A stretch of DNA of 64,000 nt from an uncultured Gemmataceae bacterium. GTDB taxonomy: Bacteria; Planctomycetota; Planctomycetia; Gemmatales; Gemmataceae. A program made the position numbers and the translations under genes. Where the stretch lies: NCBI GenBank assembly GCA_963750165.1, contig CAVVPN010000011.1, positions 1,792,001 to 1,856,000 of the forward strand, written 5' to 3'. The notes under the pieces are model-generated. The model was given only the letters and a program-made list of their open reading frames with translations. It was not told the DNA's origin and searched no databases. Below, one piece after another: positions 49,601 through 58,312 of the stretch (position 1 is the stretch's first letter; every line of letters begins with the position of its first letter).

Positions 49601-50787
49601 GTTGCCGACCGCGATCATGTGGCCGCGCGTGCTGAAGTGCGTCGGATGGCAGGCGATGCACTGGGCCGTCTCGGGATGGGCGCTCAGCAGGCGATTTTGT
49701 ACGCCGCCCATGCGCGGCGTGTTGGCGTGCCAGCTGTCGCCAGCGTTGACGAGGTAGTCCATCGCCGTCCGCACCGCCCGGCTCGCCTGCGGCCGCAACT
49801 CCGCCTGCGCGTCAAAGCTCGGCACGTCGTAGCTGAAGGTGCGCAGCTGGTACGCGGGATGGTTGCCCTCGACGCGCAGATAGTAGATGCCGGGGGCGAG
49901 CACGCGTGTCGTGAACTTGTTGCCGAGCCGCGTCTGCACCTCGTGCGGGTCGATGGCCGGCGTCTCCAGCACGATGTCGCTGGTCGGGTCGATGCCGTTG
50001 ACCACCGCCACCGGCTTGCCGTCCTGCACGCGCCAGACGCTCACGTCCAGCGGCACCTCGCGGTCGAGCACGTCCAGCTCAAAGTACACCAGCCGCGGCT
50101 TCGCCCCCTCGACGGTGAAGCGATACCAGTCCTCGCCCTGCGCCAGCGCCGCGCCTCGTTGGCGGACATGGGCTGTCCGTAATGCGTCAATTTGGGGAAC
50201 GGCCCGGTGCGCGGGTCGTGCAGGGCGGGATACAACTGGCGGTCGTCGGCGTGGCCGAAGACGACGGTGCCCAGCTTGATCGGCAGCGCCTGCTGCCAGG
50301 TGTCGTTCGGCTCGTGCTCGACGCGGCCGGCGGCCTGCTTGGCGTTGGCGTGCCAGCGGCGCACGCTGACGCGGGCCGGCAGCGGTTTGTCGGCGTGGGA
50401 ACGGCACTCGACGGTGAGCGGCCCGGCGACGGTCGGCCGCACGACCACGAACGCATCCGCGTCGAAGCTGTGCAGCAGCGTCTCGTTGAGCACGCGCTGG
50501 CCGTCGCGCACGGTGACGACCACGGTGTCCTGGTCGGTCAATTTCGCGGGCTGGTCCAGCGCGATCAGCACGGAATAGAGCCGATCCGGCTCCGCCTTGT
50601 CGAGAATGATGCGCTGCGTCTGTCCGGCGGGGAGCGTGCCCTGCCAGGGTTGACCGTCGGTCAGCGCGGCGTCGGCGTCGGCGTGCAGCCAGCGGCCGAC
50701 GAGCACGACGGTGAGGACGACCGTGGCGGCGAGGGCCAGGAGCAGGCGACGCGACACAAACGAGGATGGCGGCCGGCGACACGGCAT
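46655..50787 (-). CDS. Large exported multidomain protein: PPC-like, CxxCH, prenyltransferase/QW-like barrel, HEAT repeats, C-terminal cytochrome c-like domain (frameshift near 50150)
   Basis: Signal/TM, EHEPND, EDWYRF, CIACH, QRPDGQW/QQPWGGW, HEAT repeats, CALCH..SLILRKP..HGGG..ILAWI. Confidence 0.75.
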
Positions 50788-50947
50788 GGCAGGCTTCTCC
50801 CTGGTAGGCGGGTCATGTGGGTAGGTGGGTGCGGCCGCGCAGCAGTCGCACCCTGGCCATGATGCCGGTTGCCGGGGGAGGCGTCAAGGAGCAGTAGAAT
50901 GACGCCGGAAGGGTTTGGCGGAAGCGTGCTTCGTTCCCTGAGGTGAC

Positions 50948-51484
50948 GTGATGCAGTTGCCCGGGATGCCCGAGGTCGGCCTGACCGACCGCGTCGTTCG
51001 GCTGGCGGTGCGCGACGAGGACGCGGCGGCCACGTTGGCCCGGGTGGCGTCCGGGGAGTTGAGTCGCTGTGTGCTGCCGTGGGTGGCGCTGATGCGCGGC
51101 GGCGGCACCGCGGCGGTTCTGGCGGAGGGGCTGCGCCTGGCTGACCTTGAGCCGGATGCGCGGCTGCGGGTAGATTACGCGGTAGACGCCTTGATCCTCG
51201 CGGAGTTGCCGGGCGTGTTGCCCGAATGGAAAAAGGCGCTGGAGGGCTGGAACGTGCGTGAATCCCAACAAGTTCTGGAGTGGAAGGCTGAGGGCGAATT
51301 GAAAGACCGACGGGCGGCCCTGCTGCGGTTGCTGGAGAAGCGCTGCAAGGAACCGGTCCCGAGCGATCTGGTGGCGGCCATTGAGGCGACCCAGGACATG
51401 GACCTCTTGTGGCGCTGGTTCGATGTCGCGGCGGAGGTGAACACTTTCGACGACTTCCGCGCGGCCACGCAAGCGCAAAAATGA
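50948..51484 (+). pseudogene. N-terminally truncated Rpn/DUF4351-like protein
   Basis: VLPWVALMRGG, LILAEL, LEGWNVRESQQVLEW, LLRLLEKR, DMDLLWRWFDVAA..FDDFRA. Confidence 0.6.
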
Positions 51485-51499
51485 CACCCGCGCTCCGAC

Positions 51500-51636
51500 G
51501 GATCGGAACAGGGTTCGGCCGCGAGCGGAATGGAGTGATCGGTGCAACAGATCCGCACGAGCGTGGAGACAAAGCCGTGAGCCGCCCGCTGGACTTCCAC
51601 CCGGCGGTGCGTGACGAGATCGACGACGCCCACGAC
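51500..51636 (+). pseudogene. Remnant of addiction module: antitoxin C-terminus plus RelE/ParE toxin N-terminus
   Basis: ..EWSD..QQIRTSVETKP* with GTGA overlap into MSRPLDFHPAVRDEIDDAHD. Confidence 0.5.
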
Positions 51637-51664
51637 GCGAGCCTGGAGCCGTTTGCGTTTGAGT

Positions 51665-51724
51665 GTAGCGGAAGTCACCAGACTTCCGTCCGATGTTACT
51701 CGGAAGTCTGGCGACTTCCGCTAC
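51665..51724. repeat. GTAG-type REP palindrome
   Basis: gtagcggaagtcaccagacttccg..cggaagtctggcgacttccgctac. Confidence 0.85.
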
Positions 51725-51756
51725 CCCAGTCGCGCTGCGCGCTAGCTTCCGCCAAC

Positions 51757-52356
51757 TTATTTGCCGGTCGTGCTGCCGATCTTGTCGCTGACCTTGTTAA
51801 ACGTCTTCTGGGACTGGACGGCCGGGCCGCCGACCATGGCTTCCACTTCCCGTGGATCGATTGCGTCCAGGGCGAGAACCAGCGCCCGCAGGCACGGGTC
51901 GCTACCGAGGGCGTCCAGTTGCCGACGGTGGTTGGCGAGTTCCTGGCGCTTCTCTTCGAGCTGGCGGCGCAGATCGGCGATGATCTCGTCCTTGGTGAGT
52001 TTGCGCGGCGGCGCAGAGCCGCTGATGGTATTGCCGACGAAAGTGAACTTTCTGTTCGCGTTGACGCCCAGGTGCGTGAGCAGCAATTCCCAGGCGCGCT
52101 CCTTCAGCGCCAGTTTCAACTCGCCGACGGCCGACTTCGCGCCCGGGCCAATCGCCTTGAGGGCCTCGGCAGCCTCGGTGCGCGTGGCGGTGTCCTTGTC
52201 GCGCAGCCGTTGCGCCCACTGGCTGACGGTTTTGCCCTTGAACTGGGCTTCCGCGGCAGGCTGCTTCTCCGTCTTGTCACCCTGCGAGTTGCCGGCCGGA
52301 GCCTGGCCGCAGCCGGCCGCCAGCAACACGACACCGAACACAAGCCATTTGCGCAT
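51757..52356 (-). CDS. Putative lipoprotein with HEAT-like repeat
   Basis: LAAGC lipobox; FKGKTVSQW..LRDKD..R.EAAEAL..IGP.AK.AV. Confidence 0.7.
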   Translation of the reverse strand: MRKWLVFGVVLLAAGCGQAPAGNSQGDKTEKQPAAEAQFKGKTVSQWAQRLRDKDTATRTEAAEALKAIGPGAKSAVGELKLALKERAWELLLTHLGVNANRKFTFVGNTISGSAPPRKLTKDEIIADLRRQLEEKRQELANHRRQLDALGSDPCLRALVLALDAIDPREVEAMVGGPAVQSQKTFNKVSDKIGSTTGK

Positions 52357-52419
52357 AGCGTCTCCCCAGAAGGAAAGTGGGCGGGGAGGATTTCCACCGC
52401 CGTTCGGGGGAAACATAGC

Positions 52420-53298
52420 TTATTTTTTCGCCTCAAACAGCTCCGGCCGCAGCGTAAAGGCGACCGTCGCCGCCCCGGCTGCGGGAATTGTCACGCCCTG
52501 CGTCTGTGTCACCGCCAGCCGGAAGCGCAGCCGCAACACCAGGGCCGTTTCCGGGTCGCGATCCCGGCCCAGCTCGCGCCAGTTCGGGTGCCAGCACACC
52601 ACCTCATACGTCCCCGGCGGCACCTGTTCCAGCACAAAGTCGCCGTGCGCGTCGGTGCGGGCGTAATAAGGGTGGTCGTCCACGAACAGGTGGCCGCGCA
52701 TCCAGAAATAGCCGGCGGCGCTGGCGCATTCGCTGTGGCCGGTTTTCGTCAGCGCCCGGCGCAGCGGTTGGTCGGGGTCGGGGAAGGTGAGCGTGAAGAA
52801 CGCCGCCCCGCTCAGGTGCAGCGCGTGAAAGCGCGGTTCGCGCGACACCAGCTCGACCTCGTTGCCGCGGCGCACGAAGCCGACAGTAGAGGTGACCGGG
52901 CCCTGTACCACGAAGAGCATACGGTCGCGCTGCTCCAGCGAAACGGCCGCGAGGTGCCACGGCCGCGCCCGGGTCGGATCAACGCCCTTGAGGTAGACGA
53001 CGGCGTTGGCGACGCCGCGGCTGGCCGGGTCGATGGCGGGCGCGTGCGGGTTGGGGCGCAGCAGCCGCGGTTGGCCGCGTTCGCCCTCGGGCACGAAGCC
53101 GGGCGCCTCGAAGGGCGGCACGTTCGGCAGGTCGCCGTCCCAGGTGACGCGGCCGCGCAGGGTGCCGGCGGTGGCGGCGTCGAAGCGGCTGGCGAGCGCG
53201 GCGGGCGGTGGGTCCGGGGTGGGGTCGGCAGGCGGCAGCGGTTCGGCGCAGCCGAGTGGCAGCAGGATGAGCGGTAACAAACGGAGGCAACGCGGCAT
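52420..53298 (-). CDS. Lipoprotein with carboxypeptidase-regulatory-like domain
   Basis: PLGC lipobox, GTLRGRV, GVANAVVYL, HPYYARTD..G.F.LEQVPPGTYEVVCWH. Confidence 0.8.
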   Translation of the reverse strand: MPRCLRLLPLILLPLGCAEPLPPADPTPDPPPAALASRFDAATAGTLRGRVTWDGDLPNVPPFEAPGFVPEGERGQPRLLRPNPHAPAIDPASRGVANAVVYLKGVDPTRARPWHLAAVSLEQRDRMLFVVQGPVTSTVGFVRRGNEVELVSREPRFHALHLSGAAFFTLTFPDPDQPLRRALTKTGHSECASAAGYFWMRGHLFVDDHPYYARTDAHGDFVLEQVPPGTYEVVCWHPNWRELGRDRDPETALVLRLRFRLAVTQTQGVTIPAAGAATVAFTLRPELFEAKK

Positions 53299-53392
53299 GG
53301 CACCATCCCTGATTGCGGCGTTCTCTCCATCCCTGGGAGAACGGTTGACGGAGGATGGTAACGCGATCGGCCGGTTTGTGCAACGCGGCCCA

Positions 53393-53995
53393 TTATTTCG
53401 CGGCGACGATCACCTGTTCCGTGGTCACATACTCGATCCCCAGTGCCTGCCCCTGCTCCTTCGTCTTCGCCTGGAACAGCCCCGTCGTGGGCACGTCGAT
53501 GCCGGCGCTGGCGTCCTCGACCAGCAGCACGCGCAAGCCCGCCGCGCGCAGGTCGCGGGCCACGAAGAAGCAGCAGATGTTGGTCGCGATGCCGCAGACC
53601 ACCACGGCGTTGACCCGCTCCGCGGACAGCAGCACGGCGAAGCTCGGGTGCTGAGCGGTCAGCGCGTATGCCTCGAAGTCGCGTTGAAAGCCCTTGCGCC
53701 AGATGGCGTGGAAGCGCTCGGTGCGCAGTCCCGGCAGGAACTCCGCCCCGGGCGTGCCCATGACGCAGTGCGGTGGGTAGAGGTTGTCGCGGCGGCCGAA
53801 AAAACTGCAATGGTCCGGCGGGTGCCAGTCCTGGCTGGCGTCGATGCGCTGCCACGACAGATCCAGCAGGCGGTTGATGCGCGGCACCACGTCGAGGCCG
53901 CCGGGCACGGGCAGTTCGTCGGGGCAGAGTGAGGTGAAGCCGCGCTGGACATCGACGACCAGCAGGCCCGCGCCTGGCAAAGTGAGGGGCTTCAT
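53393..53995 (-). CDS. pncA: Nicotinamidase/isochorismatase family cysteine hydrolase
   Basis: VVDVQ, QDWHP..H.SF, PPHCV.GTPGA, RKG, GIATNIC. Confidence 0.85.
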   Translation of the reverse strand: MKPLTLPGAGLLVVDVQRGFTSLCPDELPVPGGLDVVPRINRLLDLSWQRIDASQDWHPPDHCSFFGRRDNLYPPHCVMGTPGAEFLPGLRTERFHAIWRKGFQRDFEAYALTAQHPSFAVLLSAERVNAVVVCGIATNICCFFVARDLRAAGLRVLLVEDASAGIDVPTTGLFQAKTKEQGQALGIEYVTTEQVIVAAK

Positions 53996-54010
53996 GATGT
54001 CGTCCCAGAG

Positions 54011-54364
54011 TCAAATGAGGGAAAATTTGCCCTGGAAGTTTGGCGGCCATACCACGGTATGCTCGCAGCCTTCTTCCTCGTTTACCATCACACTTTTGGC
54101 AATCACGGCCCGATCTAACAGGTGACGGCGCCGAAGTTCCTCCATGACCAGTTCAAGTGCCCTATCCCAGTGGGAGGCGTTGGTGTACGTGAAAATATTC
54201 ATGGTCCCGCTGCCGATGTCGCCTCCATCGACTTCCCCGCAGTCTTCGGTTGAAAAAACCTCCTGCAGCGATTCCTCGATTTCGTAACGCAAATCCATTT
54301 CGCTGTCGTCACCCCAAAACCCTGTGACGGGCAGTTGAATAATGATTCCCAGGTCATTTTTCAT
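54011..54364 (-). CDS. Small acidic lower-GC hypothetical protein
   Basis: GGAGGT SD; GEVDGGDIGSGTMNIF. Confidence 0.65.
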   Translation of the reverse strand: MKNDLGIIIQLPVTGFWGDDSEMDLRYEIEESLQEVFSTEDCGEVDGGDIGSGTMNIFTYTNASHWDRALELVMEELRRRHLLDRAVIAKSVMVNEEEGCEHTVVWPPNFQGKFSLI

Positions 54365-54375
54365 GACGACCTCCG

Positions 54376-55887
54376 TCAATACGCCTTGGCGAACACGACC
54401 CGGCCCGGCGACGGTTGGCCGGTGAGGATACACTTGCCGGCCTCCTTTGATCGGTTGAACGGAATGCAGCGGATGGTCGCCTTGGTCTCGGCGGCGATGC
54501 GCTCCTCCGTTTCGCGGGTGCCGTCCCAGTGCGCCCACAGGAAGCCGCCCGGTTCGTCGATCTTCTGCTTGAACTCGTCGTAGGAGTTCACCTCAAAGCT
54601 GTTCGCGTCGCGGAATTTCAGGGAGCGCTCGAACAGGTTCTTCTGCATGTCGCGCAGCAGTTGATTGACGTGCGCCGCCGCCCCGGTCAGCGGCACGCCG
54701 AACTGCTTGCCCTCCTTGCCGGGCACGTCGCGCCGGCAGACCACGCACGCCTGCTTCTCCAGATCCTTCGGCCCCAGTTCGATGCGGATCGGCACGCCGC
54801 GCAGCTCGTACTCGGCGTAGCGGAAGCCCGGGTGCTTCTCGAAGGCGGTGTCGATCTTGACGCCCAGCGGTTCGTAGCCGAAGAAGTCGTCGCGCGGCAG
54901 CCCGCGAACCTCGGCGGCCAGTTTCTCGGCGGCGGCCACGGACGCGGCACGCTCGGCGTCGTTCTTGCCCAGCGGCACGATGACGACGTGCGTCGGCGCC
55001 AGCCGTGGCGGGATCACCAGGCCGTTGTCGTCCGAATGGGCCATGATGAGCGCTCCGATGAGCCGCGTCGAGACGCCCCAGCTGGTCGCCCACGCATACT
55101 CCAGCTTGCCGGCCGGGTCCTGGAAGCGCACGTCAAACGCCCTGGCGAAATTCTGCCCGAGAAAGTGACTGGTGCCCGCCTGCAGCGCCTTCTTGTCCTG
55201 CATCATCGCCTCGATGCAGAGCGTGTAGACGGCGCCGGGAAATTTCTGACCCTCACTCTTGGGCCCGGTGAGCACCGGCACCGCCAGCCAGTCCTCGGCG
55301 AAGGAGCGGTACACTTCCAGCATGCGGTGCGCTTCCTCCTGAGCCTCCTTCTCGGTGGCGTGGGCGGTGTGGCCCTCCTGCCAGAGAAACTCCGCGGTGC
55401 GCAGGAACAGCCGCGTGCGCATCTCCCAGCGCACGACGTTGCACCACTGATTGATGAGCAGCGGCAGATCGCGGTAGCTCTGCACCCATGTGCGGTACGT
55501 GTTCCAGATGATCGTCTCGGAGGTCGGCCGGATGACCAGCTCTTCCTCCAACCTGGCCTCAGGATCGACGATCAGGCCCTTGCCTTTTTCCGCCTTGAGG
55601 CGGTAGTGCGTGACGACGGCGCACTCCTTGGCGAAGCCCTCGGCCATCTCCTCCTCTTTCGCGAGGAACGACTTGGGGATGAACAGCGGGAAGTAAGCGT
55701 TGACGTGGCCGGTGTCCTTGAACATGCGGTCGAGGGCGCGCTGCATGCGCTCCCAGAGGGCATAGCCGAGCGGCTTGATGACCATGCAGCCGCGCACGTC
55801 GGAATTCTCCGCCAGCCCGGCCTCCTTGACGATGTCCAGATACCACTGCGCATAATCGTCGGCGCGGGGCGTGATCTTCTCGGCCAT
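54376..55887 (-). CDS. proS: Proline--tRNA ligase (archaeal/eukaryote-like type)
   Basis: [60 protein letters not shown]-terminal FAKAY. Confidence 0.97.
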   Translation of the reverse strand: MAEKITPRADDYAQWYLDIVKEAGLAENSDVRGCMVIKPLGYALWERMQRALDRMFKDTGHVNAYFPLFIPKSFLAKEEEMAEGFAKECAVVTHYRLKAEKGKGLIVDPEARLEEELVIRPTSETIIWNTYRTWVQSYRDLPLLINQWCNVVRWEMRTRLFLRTAEFLWQEGHTAHATEKEAQEEAHRMLEVYRSFAEDWLAVPVLTGPKSEGQKFPGAVYTLCIEAMMQDKKALQAGTSHFLGQNFARAFDVRFQDPAGKLEYAWATSWGVSTRLIGALIMAHSDDNGLVIPPRLAPTHVVIVPLGKNDAERAASVAAAEKLAAEVRGLPRDDFFGYEPLGVKIDTAFEKHPGFRYAEYELRGVPIRIELGPKDLEKQACVVCRRDVPGKEGKQFGVPLTGAAAHVNQLLRDMQKNLFERSLKFRDANSFEVNSYDEFKQKIDEPGGFLWAHWDGTRETEERIAAETKATIRCIPFNRSKEAGKCILTGQPSPGRVVFAKAY

Positions 55888-56081
55888 GCTTGACTCCGTG
55901 TCGGGAAAAGGCTTCTCCCGGATTATAGCGGGCGGCGCACTGCGGGGGAGGGCTCGATGTCCCTTCTGGATGGACACTGCCGCGGCCCGGCGGGTGCGCG
56001 CCGATCACGGCGGCCTTGATCCAGATACAAGAGCGGTTTACACTTGAGGTGGGAAATCCAGGGACGGACAGGGCCGACGCA

Positions 56082-56486
56082 ATGGCATCCGTAATCACAC
56101 CCGTCGCCAAGAAAGTCTACGTTTGTGACAGCCTTGTCCGGGACCCAAATTCGGGCAAGGTAAGTCTCTTGAACTTGTGGCACACCGTGCGGGTTCCCGT
56201 CGGGAACGCGTTCCCGTACCCGCTGGCCCGAATATGCGTGTTTGCCTGGCTCCGAGACGGGTTAGGACAGATGAACGCCCGTGTGGATGTGGTGCAGGCG
56301 TCCACGGGAGACGTGATCCGCAGAACGAACGACTATCCGCTTCACTTTCCGGCAAAGCGCGTCAACCTCTTTTTCCGCCTGGACGTTGAGCAGTGTGTCT
56401 TTCCAGAGCCGGGTGAGTACCTCGTCGAGCTTTTTTGCCGGGATGAGTTCGTTGATGACCAGGTGATCCAACTGATTTCCGAGTGA
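56082..56486 (+). CDS. Hypothetical protein (DUF6941-like Ig fold)
   Basis: VCD..RDP.SGK.SL.N..FPEPGEY.VEL; lower GC. Confidence 0.6.
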   Translation: MASVITPVAKKVYVCDSLVRDPNSGKVSLLNLWHTVRVPVGNAFPYPLARICVFAWLRDGLGQMNARVDVVQASTGDVIRRTNDYPLHFPAKRVNLFFRLDVEQCVFPEPGEYLVELFCRDEFVDDQVIQLISE

Positions 56487-56995
56487 TGGGAACCGTCATG
56501 CAACCTCAAGAAGAACCCATTTTGCTGGAATTTGTCGATAGCATGGGGGTGCCCCTTCCCCCCGGTACCAAGGCCGTGCCGCGCCCGCCTGATCGACCCC
56601 GGCTGACGGGCCCAACCACTCTCTCGGCCCATGCGACATTTCAATCCTTCGAGGATAAGGGCGTCGAGCTACCGCCGGGCACCCCGGCACAGCCACGGCC
56701 TCCGGGGCAGTCGCCTCTCCGTTCAGCGGATGCGGGGCAACCTCCTTCAACCGGAGGGACAGGTCCGGCCAACGGGTTACACGCCCGGGAAGCCGAGGAG
56801 TTGCTCGCCTTCGGGGAATGTCTGCGACAGGCATTCCCCAAGGGCGAGGAATGGGAGCGCCTGGCCTTTCAGGCATTTTTGCAGGGAGCAAGCCCGGCAC
56901 AAATCGCCGGCCAACTCCAGATCCCGGAACCCACCGTAACGGCTGCTCTGTGCCGGCACCTGCGCACGCTACGGAACCTGGCGAAGGATCGATGA
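56483..56995 (+). CDS. Hypothetical protein, possible C-terminal HTH
   Basis: GTGA overlap; GASPAQIAGQLQIPEPTV. Confidence 0.45.
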   Translation: MMGTVMQPQEEPILLEFVDSMGVPLPPGTKAVPRPPDRPRLTGPTTLSAHATFQSFEDKGVELPPGTPAQPRPPGQSPLRSADAGQPPSTGGTGPANGLHAREAEELLAFGECLRQAFPKGEEWERLAFQAFLQGASPAQIAGQLQIPEPTVTAALCRHLRTLRNLAKDR

Positions 56996-57044
56996 GATGG
57001 ACCGCACGAAGGCAGGGATTTGCTCCGCGGGTTCAACTCCCGCA

Positions 57045-57093
57045 ACCCCGTTCACGTTTCGCAGGCTTGAAGCGCGCGAAACGTGAACGGGGT
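57045..57093. repeat. 18-bp inverted repeat between convergent genes
   Basis: accccgttcacgtttcgc..gcgaaacgtgaacggggt. Confidence 0.75.
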
Positions 57094-57110
57094 CAGCGCG
57101 GGCCAGCCGT

Positions 57111-57959
57111 TTACAGACCCAGGCGGCGCACGAACTTCTTCCACAGCGCCCCGGCGAGCCGCCGCGCCGGCACCCGCAGCAGTTCCGCCTCCTCCACCGC
57201 GTCCGCCTCCAAGGCGTCGGCGACCACCTCCAGCGGCGACCGGCGGGCGCACAGGAACGCCCGTCGCCAGCCGTCGCGGAAGTCGTCGGCTCCGGTGTAG
57301 TCGCTGAACTGCGGCCGCAGCACCGCGGCGCGGTAGCCGAACTGCCGCACCAGATCGAGCACCGCGGCACGGCTGGGGAACATGACCAGCTCGTAATCGC
57401 AGGCGTTGCCGGGCACGTCCAGCGCGTCGCGGGCGATCTCCAGCACCGAGCCGGCGCGGCGCGACAGGTTCGTGTCGATCAGCAGCACGTCGGTGTTCAG
57501 CCGGCCGATCCACTCCAGCAGGTTGACGTGCTTGCAGACGTGGTAGAAGACGCCCAGGCACAGCACCACGTCGAAGGCGCCGAGGTCGGCGCCGGCCAGA
57601 TCGAAGACGTTGGCGTGGCGGAAGGCGTAGCGGTTGCGGTCGATACCCTTGACTTCGAAGACGAACTCCGCCTGCTCGACGTGCATGGCTCGGCCGTCGA
57701 TGCCGAGCACGAAATCGCAGTCCGCCTCGACGGCCGCCAGCGACCAGAAGCCGGCGTTGCAGCCGAGGTCCAGCACGCGCTTGCCGCGCAGCGAGCCGCC
57801 GCACAAACGCAGCAGCGGTGGCCAGAAGTAGTCCTTGCGCTGGCGATGGCGGTTGGCGATGGGGCGGTCGTAGATGGGCGTGGTGTGGCCGTTCAGGTCG
57901 AATTCGTAGTGCCAGCGCGGGAAGGCGGCGATGCGGGCGGCGAGGTCGATGGTTGGCAT
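57111..57959 (-). CDS. Class I SAM-dependent methyltransferase (DUF1698/CmoB-like)
   Basis: WHYEFDL, GKRVLDLGCNAGFWS, FDVVLCLGVFYH. Confidence 0.88.
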   Translation of the reverse strand: MPTIDLAARIAAFPRWHYEFDLNGHTTPIYDRPIANRHRQRKDYFWPPLLRLCGGSLRGKRVLDLGCNAGFWSLAAVEADCDFVLGIDGRAMHVEQAEFVFEVKGIDRNRYAFRHANVFDLAGADLGAFDVVLCLGVFYHVCKHVNLLEWIGRLNTDVLLIDTNLSRRAGSVLEIARDALDVPGNACDYELVMFPSRAAVLDLVRQFGYRAAVLRPQFSDYTGADDFRDGWRRAFLCARRSPLEVVADALEADAVEEAELLRVPARRLAGALWKKFVRRLGL

Positions 57960-57994
57960 GGGAACCCTCCGTGGTTGGGATTGCAGATGGATTC

Positions 57995-58270
57995 TTACGC
58001 AGGCGACTTCCATTCCCGTCCAAATTTTACGACTTCCCATCCGAACGGGGCTGCGACATACGCTTCCAATTTCTCGCCTTCTCCCAGGAAAATCACATCG
58101 CCCAGGTTGCTCGTGTATTGCTCAAAGATGTGGGCAATACTGACACCCTCCAGCACAAGTAGCCCGTGATATTCGTCAGGGAAAATAGCCCCACGCATGT
58201 CTACAAGTGAGCGGGGACGCCAACTGGCTTGCCGTTCAGGTTGGTTCAGACGAAACACAATTGCTTTCAT
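57995..58270 (-). CDS. Small low-GC hypothetical protein
   Basis: 91-aa ORF in an AT-richer island; no motif recognised. Confidence 0.4.
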   Translation of the reverse strand: MKAIVFRLNQPERQASWRPRSLVDMRGAIFPDEYHGLLVLEGVSIAHIFEQYTSNLGDVIFLGEGEKLEAYVAAPFGWEVVKFGREWKSPA

Positions 58271-58312
58271 TGTTCTTCAGGCATCAAGCAAATTCAGGAG
58301 CAGAGTTTCTAA

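Noticed and set aside
48600..49760. Squalene-hopene cyclase
   Set aside because: Only QW-like motifs; no DxDD motif, and the domain sits in an exported HEAT/cytochrome protein
51409..53277. 622-aa plus-strand ORF and similar long Arg/Ala/Pro-rich ORFs elsewhere
   Set aside because: High-GC shadow frames opposite motif-bearing genes
56990..57060. Complete tRNA (including tRNA-Sec)
   Set aside because: Only a T-arm-like hairpin; no acceptor, D or anticodon arms could be folded
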